64,000 bases of DNA from Microthyrium microscopicum (taxonomy: Eukaryota): the NCBI GenBank assembly GCA_010405405.1, contig MU004235.1:2038506-2102505 (forward strand). Reading direction: 5' to 3'. Shown here piece by piece: positions 43,315-56,225 of the stretch. Numbering within the stretch: the first letter of the stretch is position 1; each line of letters opens with the position of its first letter. Position numbers and translations under genes: made by a program. The notes under the pieces are model-generated. The model had not been told where the DNA came from, searched no databases, and saw only the letters and a program-made list of their open reading frames with translations.

Positions 43315-45016
43315 GACTGGAAGTATGAGAGATGATCTGGCGACTTATCTTGGAGCTCTGGTGATGGTGTTGAGGTCGGAGTTGAACAAGCTCAGAATCG
43401 TGTTTGCCTTACTGCCTTCGAAATTCGAGGGCTTCAAGATTTGATGCCTGGGGTTGGCCGGATTGTTGTGGCATCAATATATGCTTAGTCATGGAGACAT
43501 GGATCTTCAATTCAGCCAATGAAATTAGCTTCCAAAATCAATCACATTTCCACACCCTTCCAACTTCATCTCATCTTAAGTTTGGTACCATTCTACATGT
43601 GAACCACGGTTGATAGTGCTCCAAATTCGTGAGAACCCCCATCCTACATTCTCAAGTCACATTTCGAAGAGAGCGTACCTCAGAGAGGATTTCGATATCT
43701 GGCAACGGCTTGGCAAATTAAATGGCGTACTCCAGCGGCCCTGAATCATCACGGCTTCTATCAACGCTGTCAAACAAAAGGTGTTATATATCTTATCATG
43801 TTCAATAAATCTTTCAGGTGTGAACCACACTTATGGCAAATATTTCACTCAATGGTATAGTGCAGCGTTTGGAATTTAACGAGTTCATACGAGCACAGCA
43901 TTTATTTCGTCGACACGTTTTCTAGTCTGCTACCAAATGATACTGGTTTTCAGCGCATCACTTCAAATTCTGAGTACGCTAGCGGTACTTCTTACCCAAG
44001 AACACAACTGTACAAAGACAAACCCTGTAATGTACCTTGAAGAGGCATTTTGAACGTGGGACGCTATGAACCTGCACTGTTGATGCTCCGTCACATTCAT
44101 ATCATCAACCAATTCACGTATCAGTAGAAGACAGAGCGGTAAGAGCGAGAAGATTCATTGATGTAAGACTCGCTGAAGCGTTTTGTATGCAATAGGCCAA
44201 CAAGTGAAGATACTTGCAGAATCTGTTTAAAAGAACCCAATCCTAAGTCTTCAATACATGAAAAGTCACAACAAAGTTCTCCATGGTTCGTCCCAAAGCT
44301 CTGTAAGGTTGTTCTCAACCTTAGCCTTGAACCGAGAGTTGGCCTTACTTTTGATTATCCATCACTACTCCATCAGAAATGGCTTAGGATTTTCTAGGAA
44401 CAGTTCAGTGAGGTTCAAGAAGGACCCACTTCTCGTTCTCGAGGCATTTCCTGTTGGCAGCGAGGAGCACAACAAAATGTCTCATGAAAATGTGCTTGTA
44501 ATTGGTCTGACACCCACTCGTAGTGTAGACATGGCGCTATGTTCTGTAAGAACAGGTCGTTGCGCCTTTGTGCCATTTCGCCGATTGGTGCTCTTCGTTG
44601 AGCCATACGGCGTCCGCAGTTTTTGGAGCGATGCACTAAAAGACGAATATCATTCTTTAGCTTACCATACATTGAATCCCCCATAAAGGTACAATACTCG
44701 GCTTGCGTTTTCAGTTTATGACGGTACTGATACTGCAGATGACGGCGACTTAAACAGTGGCAGGGCAAAGAACATCCATAGAAGTCAAACTAATGTCACG
44801 AAGAGTCATTGAAAAAACAATTGAAGCCTAGGTGATATCCAAATTCCCTTCTGAGGTACAATAAATATGTGCTCTGGAAATATGATGGAACTGTATGGAA
44901 CTGGTGGTGCCGATTATATTCAGTGCTAAGACATAAAACATTCGGAGAAGTTAGACTGATAGTCAAAAGACATTAAAAATGGTATAACGTCCTGGCCTGC
45001 CACAACTGCAATTTTC

Positions 45017-45252
45017 CTTGGAAGTATAATCACGATAGCGTCGTTGTAATTCGTGGTACCCATTCATCGTTCATAGAAGTTGTGATGTCGACAGTATATA
45101 ACGATAGCCTACCACCATTGCAAGCCCCCTTGGAGGTACAGTCACGATAGCGTTGTTGTAGTTCGTGGTACCCATTCATCGTTCATAGAAGTTGTGATGT
45201 CGACAGAATATTCCGTTAGCCTACCACCATTGAAAACCCCCTTGGCGGTACT
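45017..45252. repeat. Tandem direct duplication, 112-bp period
   Basis: TCACGATAGCGT...GTGGTACCCATTCATCGTTCATAGAAGTTGTGATGTCGACAG starts at 45030 and 45142. Confidence 0.9.
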
Positions 45253-45687
45253 GCCCCATCAACTGTTCACGATGTTGGGCATAAGTACCCTTGGACCCCC
45301 CAAACCTTTCTCTTTCTTTTTTGATCCGGGTCGTTAGTCCACAGATTTTGCCAACACCGATATAACAACCAAACTGCTACCCAAAAACTTCAGCTCAAAA
45401 ACTTCGCTTCGCAGCGTTAAAGCCCAACTGCTTTTGAACTTCTGTTCTTCACTGTCAACTTACATCCTTACCATCGAAACAATTCGTCATCATCATTTCT
45501 TCTTATCGCCAACAACTTTTATCATCACCACCAACCATCATCATCACCGCCATCAACTGTCATCATCACAATCAACTATCATCACCACCAACAACTTCTC
45601 TCTTCACCATCGATTCACTTTATCGCCATCGATTCTTATCTTCACCAAGAACTATTCACTTTACCATCAACTCTCATCACCATCAAG

Positions 45688-46074
45688 ATGGGTTGCTGTA
45701 TGAGCAAAAACAACAAACAGTGGGCAGACCTCGAGCTGCCCACTCCTCCCAGAAGAGAGGGTTCGCCATTTGATCCCATGGCTCAACCCAAAGGCTTGGT
45801 CGGGCAAAAAATCCCTGTTCGACAAAACCTGTTCAACACAGAAGTACGTGGTCTTCTGCCAAGAACGACTGCTGTCTCCGATTTTCAAGAAGCATTGTTC
45901 GAGTCAAGCAAGCAGTACTTGAGGAGCAAAAAGGGCCAAGACTACCTTGTTAGCTTGATCCATGAGAAGGATCCCAAGAAAAACAAGCAGCACCACAAGC
46001 TTGTGCAAAAGATTGTCAAGGATTGGATCTCGGGCATGAGTACTTGCAGGCTGGATATATTATGGAAGGATTGA
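45688..46074 (+). CDS. Orphan 128-aa protein with predicted N-myristoylation/palmitoylation (MGCCMS)
   Basis: Start context CAAGATGG, long CAT/CAC-rich leader 45434-45687, T-rich 3' region with AATAAA ~46194. Confidence 0.6.
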   Translation: MGCCMSKNNKQWADLELPTPPRREGSPFDPMAQPKGLVGQKIPVRQNLFNTEVRGLLPRTTAVSDFQEALFESSKQYLRSKKGQDYLVSLIHEKDPKKNKQHHKLVQKIVKDWISGMSTCRLDILWKD

Positions 46075-48059
46075 TGCTTTACTCTTTTCGAATTTTTGCT
46101 TTTTGTTGCGTTTTCTTGTTTATCGACGTTTCATTCTCATTGTGTCTCTATACTCATGGCGTTTTCGTATCAACGACTTTGCTTTTTCATCTGAATAAAA
46201 ATTCATTCCATCCAAATACTTTCTCTTCTGCTGCCTGTGATAAGTGACTTAGGTAGTAAGACTGCCCCATGCCAGAGCACATTTCTCAAACACCATCCAA
46301 TCAAACCAATGATAGTACATGTGCCATCGCACTCGATGACGACCACACAATACGCTCGCTTATGGAATGCTGTGAATCCTACTGACTGCCATGTATGTTG
46401 CACGATTTTACTGCACGATTTTATCACGAAAGGTCGTGGGTCTTTTCGAGGCATATGAGCTCTGGTTGTAATCTTGTGTTGGCGAGTTCTGGATTGAATG
46501 AGCTATGGACCAATTACAGCGCCTACGATGTTCTCTCCCATCAAAAGTTCGCTTCGACGCCCATAGGGATGGAGCTTTCGGACTCTAACCAATGCCACGG
46601 GAGTGTATTTTCTCCTTTCAACGAGTATTAGATGCCAATATGTGATGACTCTATAGCGGCAAATAGAGGGGGTCATTTGCAAGATACTCCCATCTTAAGC
46701 GATGTCTGCCGCGACACTTCCTGAACAACGACTGTTTTATTTCCCGTCGCGTTGGACCTCTTCAAATGCAAATCAAAGCATTTAAGTACGACATATTGTC
46801 GTGGCAGACGTCACTTCATTGAGATTATTTCGTAAATAGCTCCCCTACTCTGTTGTTATCGGGAATTTATAACTCGGCGCAAAAGAGCAAAGAGAAACTG
46901 AAGCGATCCACCAGCGCCGGTTCAAAAATGTAATAAACATAAACTGGAATTGATTGCTGACATCATTCTATCCCATGGTATACTCATTCGGTACACCAGT
47001 ACACCATTCTGGCAGGCATGACTTGTATCGCTTTGCCTCCCTGTCTCATGACAGCAGACTCTGGAAGTTTGCTGTCCACTGCTCTCCGGAATATAAAATT
47101 CCACGTTTTGCCTACAACGCCAATCCGGAATATTTAACCTGCTATGAACCCACAAAGAAGTTGACTTGCTAGGCATGGAATAAAATGGAAATATTGGTGA
47201 GAGCATTGTGAAGCTGCGCGGATTCTTGCAGACCAAATATTGTATTTCAATCGATCTTGCCTTCTGACAAAACCTTGACTATGTCAGCATAACTCAGTGC
47301 AATCGACTGGAGAATAGCCGTCATTACTGTCATTAATTTTCCTTGTCTCTCTACTCTATGTAGTATCCTTTACCAGCTCGCACGCCAAAGCAGAAAACAT
47401 GAGAAATGGGCAAAAAAACAAGATATGTGCGTCTCTCTACTTGACATTTAGAGTAAAAGCAAATTATTTCATAAAGCATTCATAGATAAATCATAAAGAA
47501 AACACAAAACATAGGAGGTAGGTACTAGATCTTCAACCCATGACACCACTCGAAACCAGCAACCATAAGGTGGTTCGTCGAGAGCAAGATGACTATGAAA
47601 TCCTCGGGTCGAGCCGCTGACCGCCCCGAATATGCGATCGACCACATTAAATCGGAAGCCTTGGTTATGCAAGTAGTGGCTGGCGGGGCAGACTTTTCAG
47701 AAGGAACGATTGCCCAAGCTCGACTACGATCTTCATGCAGTATGCAAGCTGCCAGCCTTTCTCCCGTCTAAATCCCCACTACTTTCACTGAATTGGGACA
47801 AATCCTTGTTTTTATCCACGGAGGGATGGGGCGGCCCGTGAAGGATCCTGATCCGCAGGCTAGTGTCTAGGTCTCATTTGCACATCAGTGGTAGAGTCTG
47901 ACAATATCCCGCGTTTGTGGTCTGGTCTTTGCATTAGAACATGCCTGAAGTGCATAGGGCGGATTGGGGTGTTGATGTTGGTCTTTGTTCGATGCTATCT
48001 TGTATCTCTGTCTTTCACGAATTTCTACTATCACAGTTCATTGTAGAACAAATCACCAG

Positions 48060-48339
48060 CAGTGTTGTAATGAATACGTGAATAATTCAATTCTGAATAC
48101 GCCACTATTCCGAATATATCCATGAATAATCTGTAACTAGTGTTATTTATTCAGAAAAAGGAAATAGGAAACATAGAAAACACGCGAACGTGATCTAGCC
48201 TTTTCCTTCACTAAATTAGTGAGGCTGAGATAGTATTGCCACTAACCGTTAGTGGCCCCAAAACCTAGATATTATTCTGAATATGAATTGAATATGACTA
48301 ATTCATATTCAGAATATTATTCAATTCATTACAACACTG
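48060..48339. mobile_element. Intact hAT-family MITE (280 bp)
   Basis: Perfect 16-bp TIR CAGTGTTGTAATGAAT/ATTCATTACAACACTG; 8-bp TSD ATCACCAG (48052-48059, 48340-48347); subterminal GAATA/TATTC repeats. Confidence 0.95.
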
Positions 48340-48874
48340 ATCACCAGCTTCATCAGTAGAAGAGAAATCTGGCCTCAGACATTTGAGCTGACAAACGAGA
48401 TGTCGCATTCGATCGTCAGTGTGACATGACGCTTAATGCATAAACTATCAACGGCACGCGAGCGGCATTAGCGTATACTCAAGCTGCAAAGAAGGTCGAT
48501 GTTTTAGCAGACTTGAGCGAAATTGAATGACTTGTATGGAGCCAGCTAGGACTGGGTCCGTCCACGATGAATCCCGAGTCTGTCATTTTGCTCATTATGT
48601 GATGAAAATAGGCTTGTGAAGAAGCTAAGACGCCTGAAAAGCCGCTGTATGTGATCGCCTCGTCACAGCCGTAAACTTATTTCTAACTCATGGTGCTTCC
48701 AGTTAGATAAGTGGCTCGTTCCTCTTCTCTCGTTAGTCCTACTCTTCTTAGTCTTCATACACAAGGATCATTTTTCGTGTACAAGCTTGCAAGTCACTCA
48801 GAGGGTAGTTGCTGATAGTTTGATTCTGTCTCCCGAGTGTACTTTTGTCGTTACTGAGTTGTTATAATATCAAG

Positions 48875-50949
48875 ATGGCAACAGAATACGGGGAGAACTT
48901 CCCGATTATCAACAACCCACCTCACCATCGACGAAAGTTTGTTCTATGCTTTGATGGGACAGGTAACAAGTTCTCTGGAACTGATGTGGATTCCAATATA
49001 TTGAAGATCTACCGCATGCTAGATCGTACCGATCACACACAGTTTCATTATTATCAACCAGGAATTGGAACCTACGTTACTGGACATTCGCTATCTCACT
49101 CCGGAAAATTTGCTCGATTCAAGAGTTGGTATTTGAAAACAAAGGACTCAGCGATGGGCACATCACTGGACCAGCATGTCATGGGCGGGTACAAGTGCGT
49201 ATTCCAATCCGAATAGGGTACTTTCTACTTCGAACACTAAACTAATGATAGGTTTCTTATGAGGTACTACCGTCCTGATGATGAGATTTTCTTATTCGGA
49301 TTTTCTCGAGGAGCATATACCGCCAGATTTTTGGCAGAAATGATAGATCACATCGGACTATTGTCTCAGGGTAATGAGGAACTGATCCGATTCGGTAATT
49401 CTTGCTGTGTTAGTTCACTGTAATTATCTCTAACATGACTTAGCTTGGAAAACATTTCAAAAATGGCAGACACGTACCGGGGAATCAGAGAAGGATTCCG
49501 GAAAGAAGAAATATCTTCTAGACTTCATGTGCGCCTTTCGAGAGACTTTTTCACGTCCAGTTCGACCCATCCAATTCCTTGGTCTATTCGATACAGTCAA
49601 CAGTGTTCCTAGGTTCGAAAACGCACTCATGTCAAGAACAAAATTTCCTTACACCGCTCGAACCACGGCTCGATACATTCGTCATGCAGTCTCTATTAGT
49701 GAGCGTCGAGCAAAGTTCCGCCAGGATCTCATCGGAGAAAAGCCAAAAGGCCAGAACCCAAGAACTCAAGCAGTAGTACAGCGTTATCGAGCTCGGCCAT
49801 CTATAGATGAAGGAGTGACTGGAATAGAACGGGCAGACCGTGGAAGGCAACCAACTTTGCATGTCCCTGAGAGATATCGCGATGGCTCTGAAATTTCAGG
49901 CTTGCGAGCTTTGAGCCCGGGTTACGATCCACGGAGATCACGATCTGCTTCAAGAGGACGCCGTGAAACCCTTGCAGCAGTTCAAGCAAACCAAGCAGCC
50001 CAGGTTGAGGCAGAAGCCAAAGAGGAGAAGGAGCAGGATATACAAGAGGTTTGGTTCTTGGGAGACCATGCAGTAGGTGCACAGTACCAAGATGTCATTC
50101 AAAGATTCTAATTTAAAATAGGATATCGGCGGTGGCTGGACTCTGGAGGGTGAAGACGAAGTCGCCCTATCGCATGTACCACTGGTTTGGATGACCCGGG
50201 AAGCTCAACGGGCCGGTCTTCATTTCGATCCGGTCAAATTACGTGCGCTCCACTGTGCCCCCGAAGAGCATGATGCGGGAATAATCTGTAATACTGCTAA
50301 AGCATATCAAGCTGTCCCCCAAATTATTGAACCAAATCCTTCGGATGAAGACCTAGCTCCAAATGAGAAGCCCGCACACGAAATCATACCAGAGGCACCG
50401 AACAGCACTAACGATAAATCGGAGGACTCCCAACACGATGGTATAATCGTCGATGATCTGCCCGAGTTTCATCGAAAATTACATCTCGCAACCACCAAAG
50501 GTAAGATACATGACACGCTATGCTTTGGCAATATTGGCATTTCCGCCAGCTCCGTAATAGCCTGGAACTTTATGGAGTACCTGCCTTTTCGCCGAATGGA
50601 TCTTCAAGACGATGGATCATGGAAACCAATCGTTTGGCCACTTCCTAAGGGCGAAGTACGCGATATCCCAGATGATGTGGTGGTGCATAATAGTGTGATT
50701 AAAAGGATGCGATATGACGAAAAATGCCGACCAGGTAATCTCATTTTGGGTGGAGGTGGACGTGGGATCAGAATAGCCCCAAAAGAGTTTGGAACAGGAG
50801 AATGGAAGGTCTTAAGGGAGGAAGGTGATTTCGTTGGTGAGGTCTGGGTTCGAGTTGGAAAGCCTGTGGGCTCAAGGCAAAACTCAGGCATGAATGGGAT
50901 TAAGAGGGCCTTGACGGAGAAGAAAAACGGAATAATACATAATCATTGA
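48875..50949 (+). CDS. DUF2235 (Tle1-like alpha/beta-hydrolase) protein, multi-exon
   Basis: [77 protein letters not shown]. Confidence 0.92.
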
Positions 50950-51578
50950 GCTTGTGATCGTCAATATCACTCTTCTTATGCTTTGAATCGCTTCCACTTG
51001 AGTCAATTCAACGCTTCGTCGAATCATTAACGTCATCAGAAGCTACTCCAGGACGTAGTGATGATAGGCACTGTGCGCAAGGCTGTTGGCGATCAAACAC
51101 TGCGCGATGGCGCCTTCTGCAACAGGTACTCAGTAGTGATATACATTCCTGGTATGTGCGGACACTTATGAACCATTTTTCTTTTAACATGAAGCAAAAG
51201 CATCTGGCGACTGGCATCAGCTGGAACATACAAGCTCTGACCGTTTAGCAGCCACGTGAGAGCGCGTTGTACTTGTGGTTTTGACGCGACTGTGGCGTTC
51301 ACATGGATGGCGCGTTTGGCTCGAGAAAGGCTGAAAATTGGCGTGCTTATACACTGGGCCTCTTCCTGTCTGAAGACTTCTTGCGCGTCTTCTCTCCAGA
51401 GATTTATCTCACTTTCAGCGTCGCGGTGCTCCCGAGAACCGACCAGTCGACAATACCATATATCGCTGTCCCATTTCTGTGAAATCCCATGTAACGACCA
51501 ATAATTCAAGAAAGTAAGCCGATGACAGCTGTGCTAACGATCACGAATTCTGATACTGGGTAAAGGCAAGCTGACACA

Positions 51579-54500
51579 ATGCAACACTTTCAAAGCAACT
51601 CAGACGAGTCTTCTCGTCAAGAAGAGGATGATCATAATGGGAACTCTGCTGGGAAAGAGTCAGAAGAAGAGCAGGATGGAGACATTTATGACATCAAATC
51701 TTCCTTACTTGAGTCGTTCGATGCAATTCAGTCTAGTGGAAGTTTTGCTTCATCTGCGCCCCTCGCCCCGTTCGTCGATCCTGGTCTGGTTGTTGGAGGA
51801 ATAGGGGCGATTCCTCTTCCCTTGAACAAGGACGACGCCGACAACTTGATTGCACAGTGCCACCAAGCACCATTCGGTAAGGGCGAGCAAACCATAGTCG
51901 ACAAAGCTGTTCGTAACACGTGGGAGTTGAGTCCAGAGAACTTCGCACTTCAAAGCCCGCAGTGGAACTCATTTATTAGTAAAACCGTCACTTCGGCTTT
52001 GAATGACCTAGGAGTTATGGAGCACGAGTTTGGTAGCATCTCATATGCGCTGCACAAACTACTACTATATGAAGAAGGAGCCATGTTCAAACCCCATAAA
52101 GAGTTAGTACTTCCGCTCTCCCTAGGCATACGCTAACACTGAGAAGTTCTGAGAAAGCACCGGGGATGTTCGGGACACTGGTCATCTGCCTTCCGTCTGT
52201 ACATCAGGGCGGTGATGTAATCACCAGACACGCGAAAATGACCAAAACATTTACTTCATCAGGCACTGCTTCAGCTTCATATATCTGCCGGTACTCTGAC
52301 GTATTGCACGAGGTTACCAAGGTCACATCTGGATATCGTCTTGTTTTGACCTACAATCTGATCAGCAAGAATTTCGATTTTCGGCCATCGGCGGCTGTCA
52401 ATTGCGAAGAGCTACGTCGGGTTCGACGGGTCCTAGATGCTTGGAAAATCTCAGGAGGCGACACTAGACTCATTCATCAGCTTGAACATGAGTATACCGA
52501 GTCCGGTATGAAATTGAACGCTCTCAAAGGGAGAGATGCGGAAGTTGTTAGTGTGCTAGAAGAAGCTTGCCACAAAACCGGATTCGTTTTCTTTCTAGCG
52601 AGCTGTGAGCGCGAGGTCTGGGGTGGCTGCGACGACGGGTATGGATATGGTCGCTCACGTTACCAAGGATTTCAAAGCTACCATGAAATTATCGATACAG
52701 TCGAGGACACCCTGACATTGAAGCGTGTTGTAGACACTCATGGGAACTTGGTCGGACAGAACATGGACACTCATAAAGATATGTTCCTTAAAGATTGCCC
52801 ATTTGATGAACGGGAACCAGATGATGAAGACTTTTCCGGCTTCACAGGAAACGAAGGTGCAAACGCCACGCAGTGGTACCGAGATACAGTAAGGTTGAGA
52901 AAACGTTGATGAGGCAGAGCCTAACAAAACTACAGGTTCTCGTTATAATGCCAGTCTTTCGAGTGGCAAATTTTCTGTTAGAGCAGTTTGCTGCGAAGAA
53001 GAAGCGTTATTTCAATCCATGGAAGACCACGCAACCTTCCCGACAATCCCAGCTTCGTATCCAAGACATTCTTCAGTACTACATTGCGCAGAGTTCTCAA
53101 ATGCCATTGGATGAAAGACTATCTCACATAGTTCTCAACCTTAGTCGCGTACTGATTCGTCCAGATGGAAGCAAATTGCCTGACTCTGTCCTGACCAAAG
53201 TCGCCGAAATTGCAGCTGCGAGGAACGATCCGCAGCTTTTTTTGAAGGCGACTATCGCTTGTAGTTGTAGGCAAGAGTTTCCATCGGGACATTATCAGAG
53301 GCTATCGCCGTTTCCAGGCGACATCTCCTTTGAACCCTTCAAGAAAGTGTAGGTTGACAGTAACAAATCGATACTTTGTGCTGTGTTCGGTCTGACTGTC
53401 CTAGATTGACCCTGATGTTCGAAAGCTTGAACTCCATATCCCAACGGTATCGCGTAATAACAGACATCACACTAGGTCTGGAAAAACGAGATGGCTCAGC
53501 AACGCAGGAAAAGATTGATTGGCTAAGGAAATCATTGTGCATGTATCTACAAGATGCGCAGCCGCAGTCTGCACCAGATGGAGCTACTATTGCTGAAATG
53601 TTCGGTCAAGAATCTTATCGATTATTTCAGATTTCTCAAGCCTGGTAAGCAGCATCCTCCCCCACTTAGTATCGGAGCTTTGTACTAAAACCTTTAGCAT
53701 GGAATCGCGTATTCGAAACCACATATCGAGAACCTCTGTTGTAATTGGTTTCCTAGTAAAGTTGGCGGACGATGGAATGAAAGATGGTCCCCTAGACGAT
53801 GCAAGGCGCCGCATATTCCTTTCTCTATTTCCTCTGTTTATCAACATCTTCACCATACAGAAGCGCGACCTGGCCAAAGTTGAGCAGGCGTCAAGCTCCA
53901 GTCATCTTACTTTGTCACCAACGCTTGAGGAAGTCGCAAAGAGAGACAACAGCTCTTCCATAGGACCACTTGTGTCTCGGCTTGTCGACCATGTTTACCG
54001 ATTATATCCAGAAACTCAGTCGTTTCCGCATGTGAGGAAGATTCTGAGAAAGACTATGATAGCAGCAACCGAGCAGCCACTTGAATACTTGCAACGATAT
54101 GTCTTGCCTCTACTTAGAACGCTGATACCGGTCTGGAAAAAACACAACGTGGACTTGAGCACTCCACTATTTCAAGTCACATTCCAACGCATGTTACTCT
54201 TGTACAAGAAAATGTTCCTTGGGGACAAACCTCAGCTAAATGATTGGGCTCGGTCACCAGTATCATGCTATATACGCGGTTGCAACGACTGCGAAATGCT
54301 GAATTCGTTCATCACGGACAATGACAGACAGGTTGCTCACTTCCCAGCAATTAGCAGCCGCCGAGCTCATCTGCACCAGCAAGTTGAGTCAGCGCATGGC
54401 TCCTACACTCATATCACAGGTGCGAACGGCGTTCTTGTGATCACCAATCTGCCAGGAGCCCAGGCTCAGATATTTCAAGACTGGGCTGTTCATCATGACG

Positions 54501-54658
54501 AATTTAAGACTGAAATGGGAAAGTTTGATGAGGACAGTCTTCACAAACTTCTCGGTGGCGAGAAATTCCAGGAGGTTCTTGAACGAAATAAAAGACCTAA
54601 CAACAGCCATAACGTCAACTCAGGGGAACCGTCCAGCAAGAGGCATAGGACAAGATGA
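51579..54658 (+). CDS. Large protein with N-terminal 2OG-Fe(II) oxygenase (prolyl-hydroxylase-like) domain, multi-exon
   Basis: APFGKGEQTIVDKAVRNTWEL, KLLLYEEGAMFKPHK|DSEKAPGMFGTLVICLPSVHQGG, HEVTKVTSGYRLVLTYNL, GFTGNEGA. Confidence 0.85.
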
Positions 54659-55242
54659 TATTTGGCTCTCTTTGAACCACTTCAATACCAAACCCGTTCG
54701 GTTGATCTGAAAGTTTGGAAACATTTCTAGTCACATATCAACTAGAATTATTGCTCATCTGTAATTTACGTATATACGGAAATTCCTCACGTTCCATTAT
54801 GTCTCGAGCATAGATTTCGATCAATTGTCAATGTTGGCTACAGGTAATGACCGTGGCTCTTTGATTGTCTCGAAATAGGTAGCTCAAGACATGAGACGGT
54901 CTAATAGGCCATTTCTTTTCGCACGTTCCTCTGACGTTCATAACACATCCGTAAAATGGTAGTAGGTGTTGCATGGGGCTTAGGTCGGCGCCATCTAATT
55001 CGATTTGTCCTCGCCGCAAGGCTGAAAAAAGCGGCTTCGCCAACCAATCAGAGGCCTTCTAAGTTCATATCCAACATACTCTCAGACAGTGGCACTGTTC
55101 GACATGATTTACTGCGGCGAGGTTCGTACATAACAGATACATGTTTGCGTGACTTCTTGTACGTCTGTCATTTGAGGATTATTTGTGCGGTTGCAACTAA
55201 GAACTGATCTTACCCATATTTTCCATAGCACAGCACATCACA

Positions 55243-55884
55243 ATGTCAGTGTACTCCAAACCAGCTTCCGGCCATGGAAATGTCTTCCAAGACGAAATCA
55301 GAGCCATCCAGCAAGATGAGCAGCAACCCGCAACTTTCAACCCCTTATACTCGTCTCCTGCTGCCACAAAAGACCGGCTCTGCCCAACCATGAGAAGTTG
55401 TTTGCCAACAACGTTTACATTCAGTCAATTCAATCCTACCACCGCCGGAGGAGATACCAGTCTCATGCTTCGCCGCGTCTATTCACTTGGCGTCATTGTC
55501 CTCCGCACCGCCAGCTCGGTATTACTTTCCTTTAACCTCCTCCGATACCACATGCTCGTCTCATTCATACTGGAGATAATTTTTGGAGTCATTGGCTTTA
55601 TTTGCATCATATGGATCCTACACCTTCTCGTCAATGTACAGGGCCACCGAAAAGTCATTGGTGCGAGGATCGGACAAAAGCAAATGGACGTTTTCCTGTT
55701 GGGGATGTTTGTCATTCATATTGGCTTGGTTGTGCTGTCCGTCTTTTCAGTGGGAAGAATTGCTGGATCTTCCACGTGGTATCTCCTGTGGATTATTATG
55801 TGGATAACAGCCTGGATTTCTACCTGGCCAGAGGAGGTTTATCTTGAGAATGGTTACATCCAGCGACCTGGAAATATGGTCTGA
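55243..55884 (+). CDS. Small multi-TM membrane protein of unknown function
   Basis: 213-aa ORF with ~4 hydrophobic segments. Confidence 0.6.
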   Translation: MSVYSKPASGHGNVFQDEIRAIQQDEQQPATFNPLYSSPAATKDRLCPTMRSCLPTTFTFSQFNPTTAGGDTSLMLRRVYSLGVIVLRTASSVLLSFNLLRYHMLVSFILEIIFGVIGFICIIWILHLLVNVQGHRKVIGARIGQKQMDVFLLGMFVIHIGLVVLSVFSVGRIAGSSTWYLLWIIMWITAWISTWPEEVYLENGYIQRPGNMV

Positions 55885-56225
55885 AGTCCAGTTCCATAAG
55901 AACAGATCGAAGCTGTCTCATTGAAGACTTCGACCGAGCTTTACTTACGCCGGGGCCTTGTTTTCAACTGAATGATGACACAAGTTCACAGTGCTACATG
56001 GATTGAAACGTAACGTCGAGACTATGTGTTTGCTAAAGGCACACATGAGCACACAAATATAGTTGGATTGTTACGTGGAAAGGGTTCAGCTAGATAACAT
56101 ACCTAAGTAAGGTAGCTATATCATAAATTCAGCACCCACGAGGGTCCGCATCCATCAAGTTGCCTTGGTTACCTACACATGCTATCAATGTCTCCTCGCT
56201 TCACTTTCTGTCTCTCTTTAAGCTC

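Noticed and set aside
43600..44800. Overlapping ORFs 44258-44686 (+) and 44415-44768 (-)
   Set aside because: No recognisable domain, frequent stops in neighbouring frames; at most an unidentifiable relic
45434..45703. His/Thr-rich 89-aa ORF
   Set aside because: Non-ATG start; translation of the low-complexity CAT/CAC leader of the 45688 gene
51008..51509. Minus-strand ORFs between the DUF2235 and 2OG genes
   Set aside because: No recognisable motif or coherent gene model
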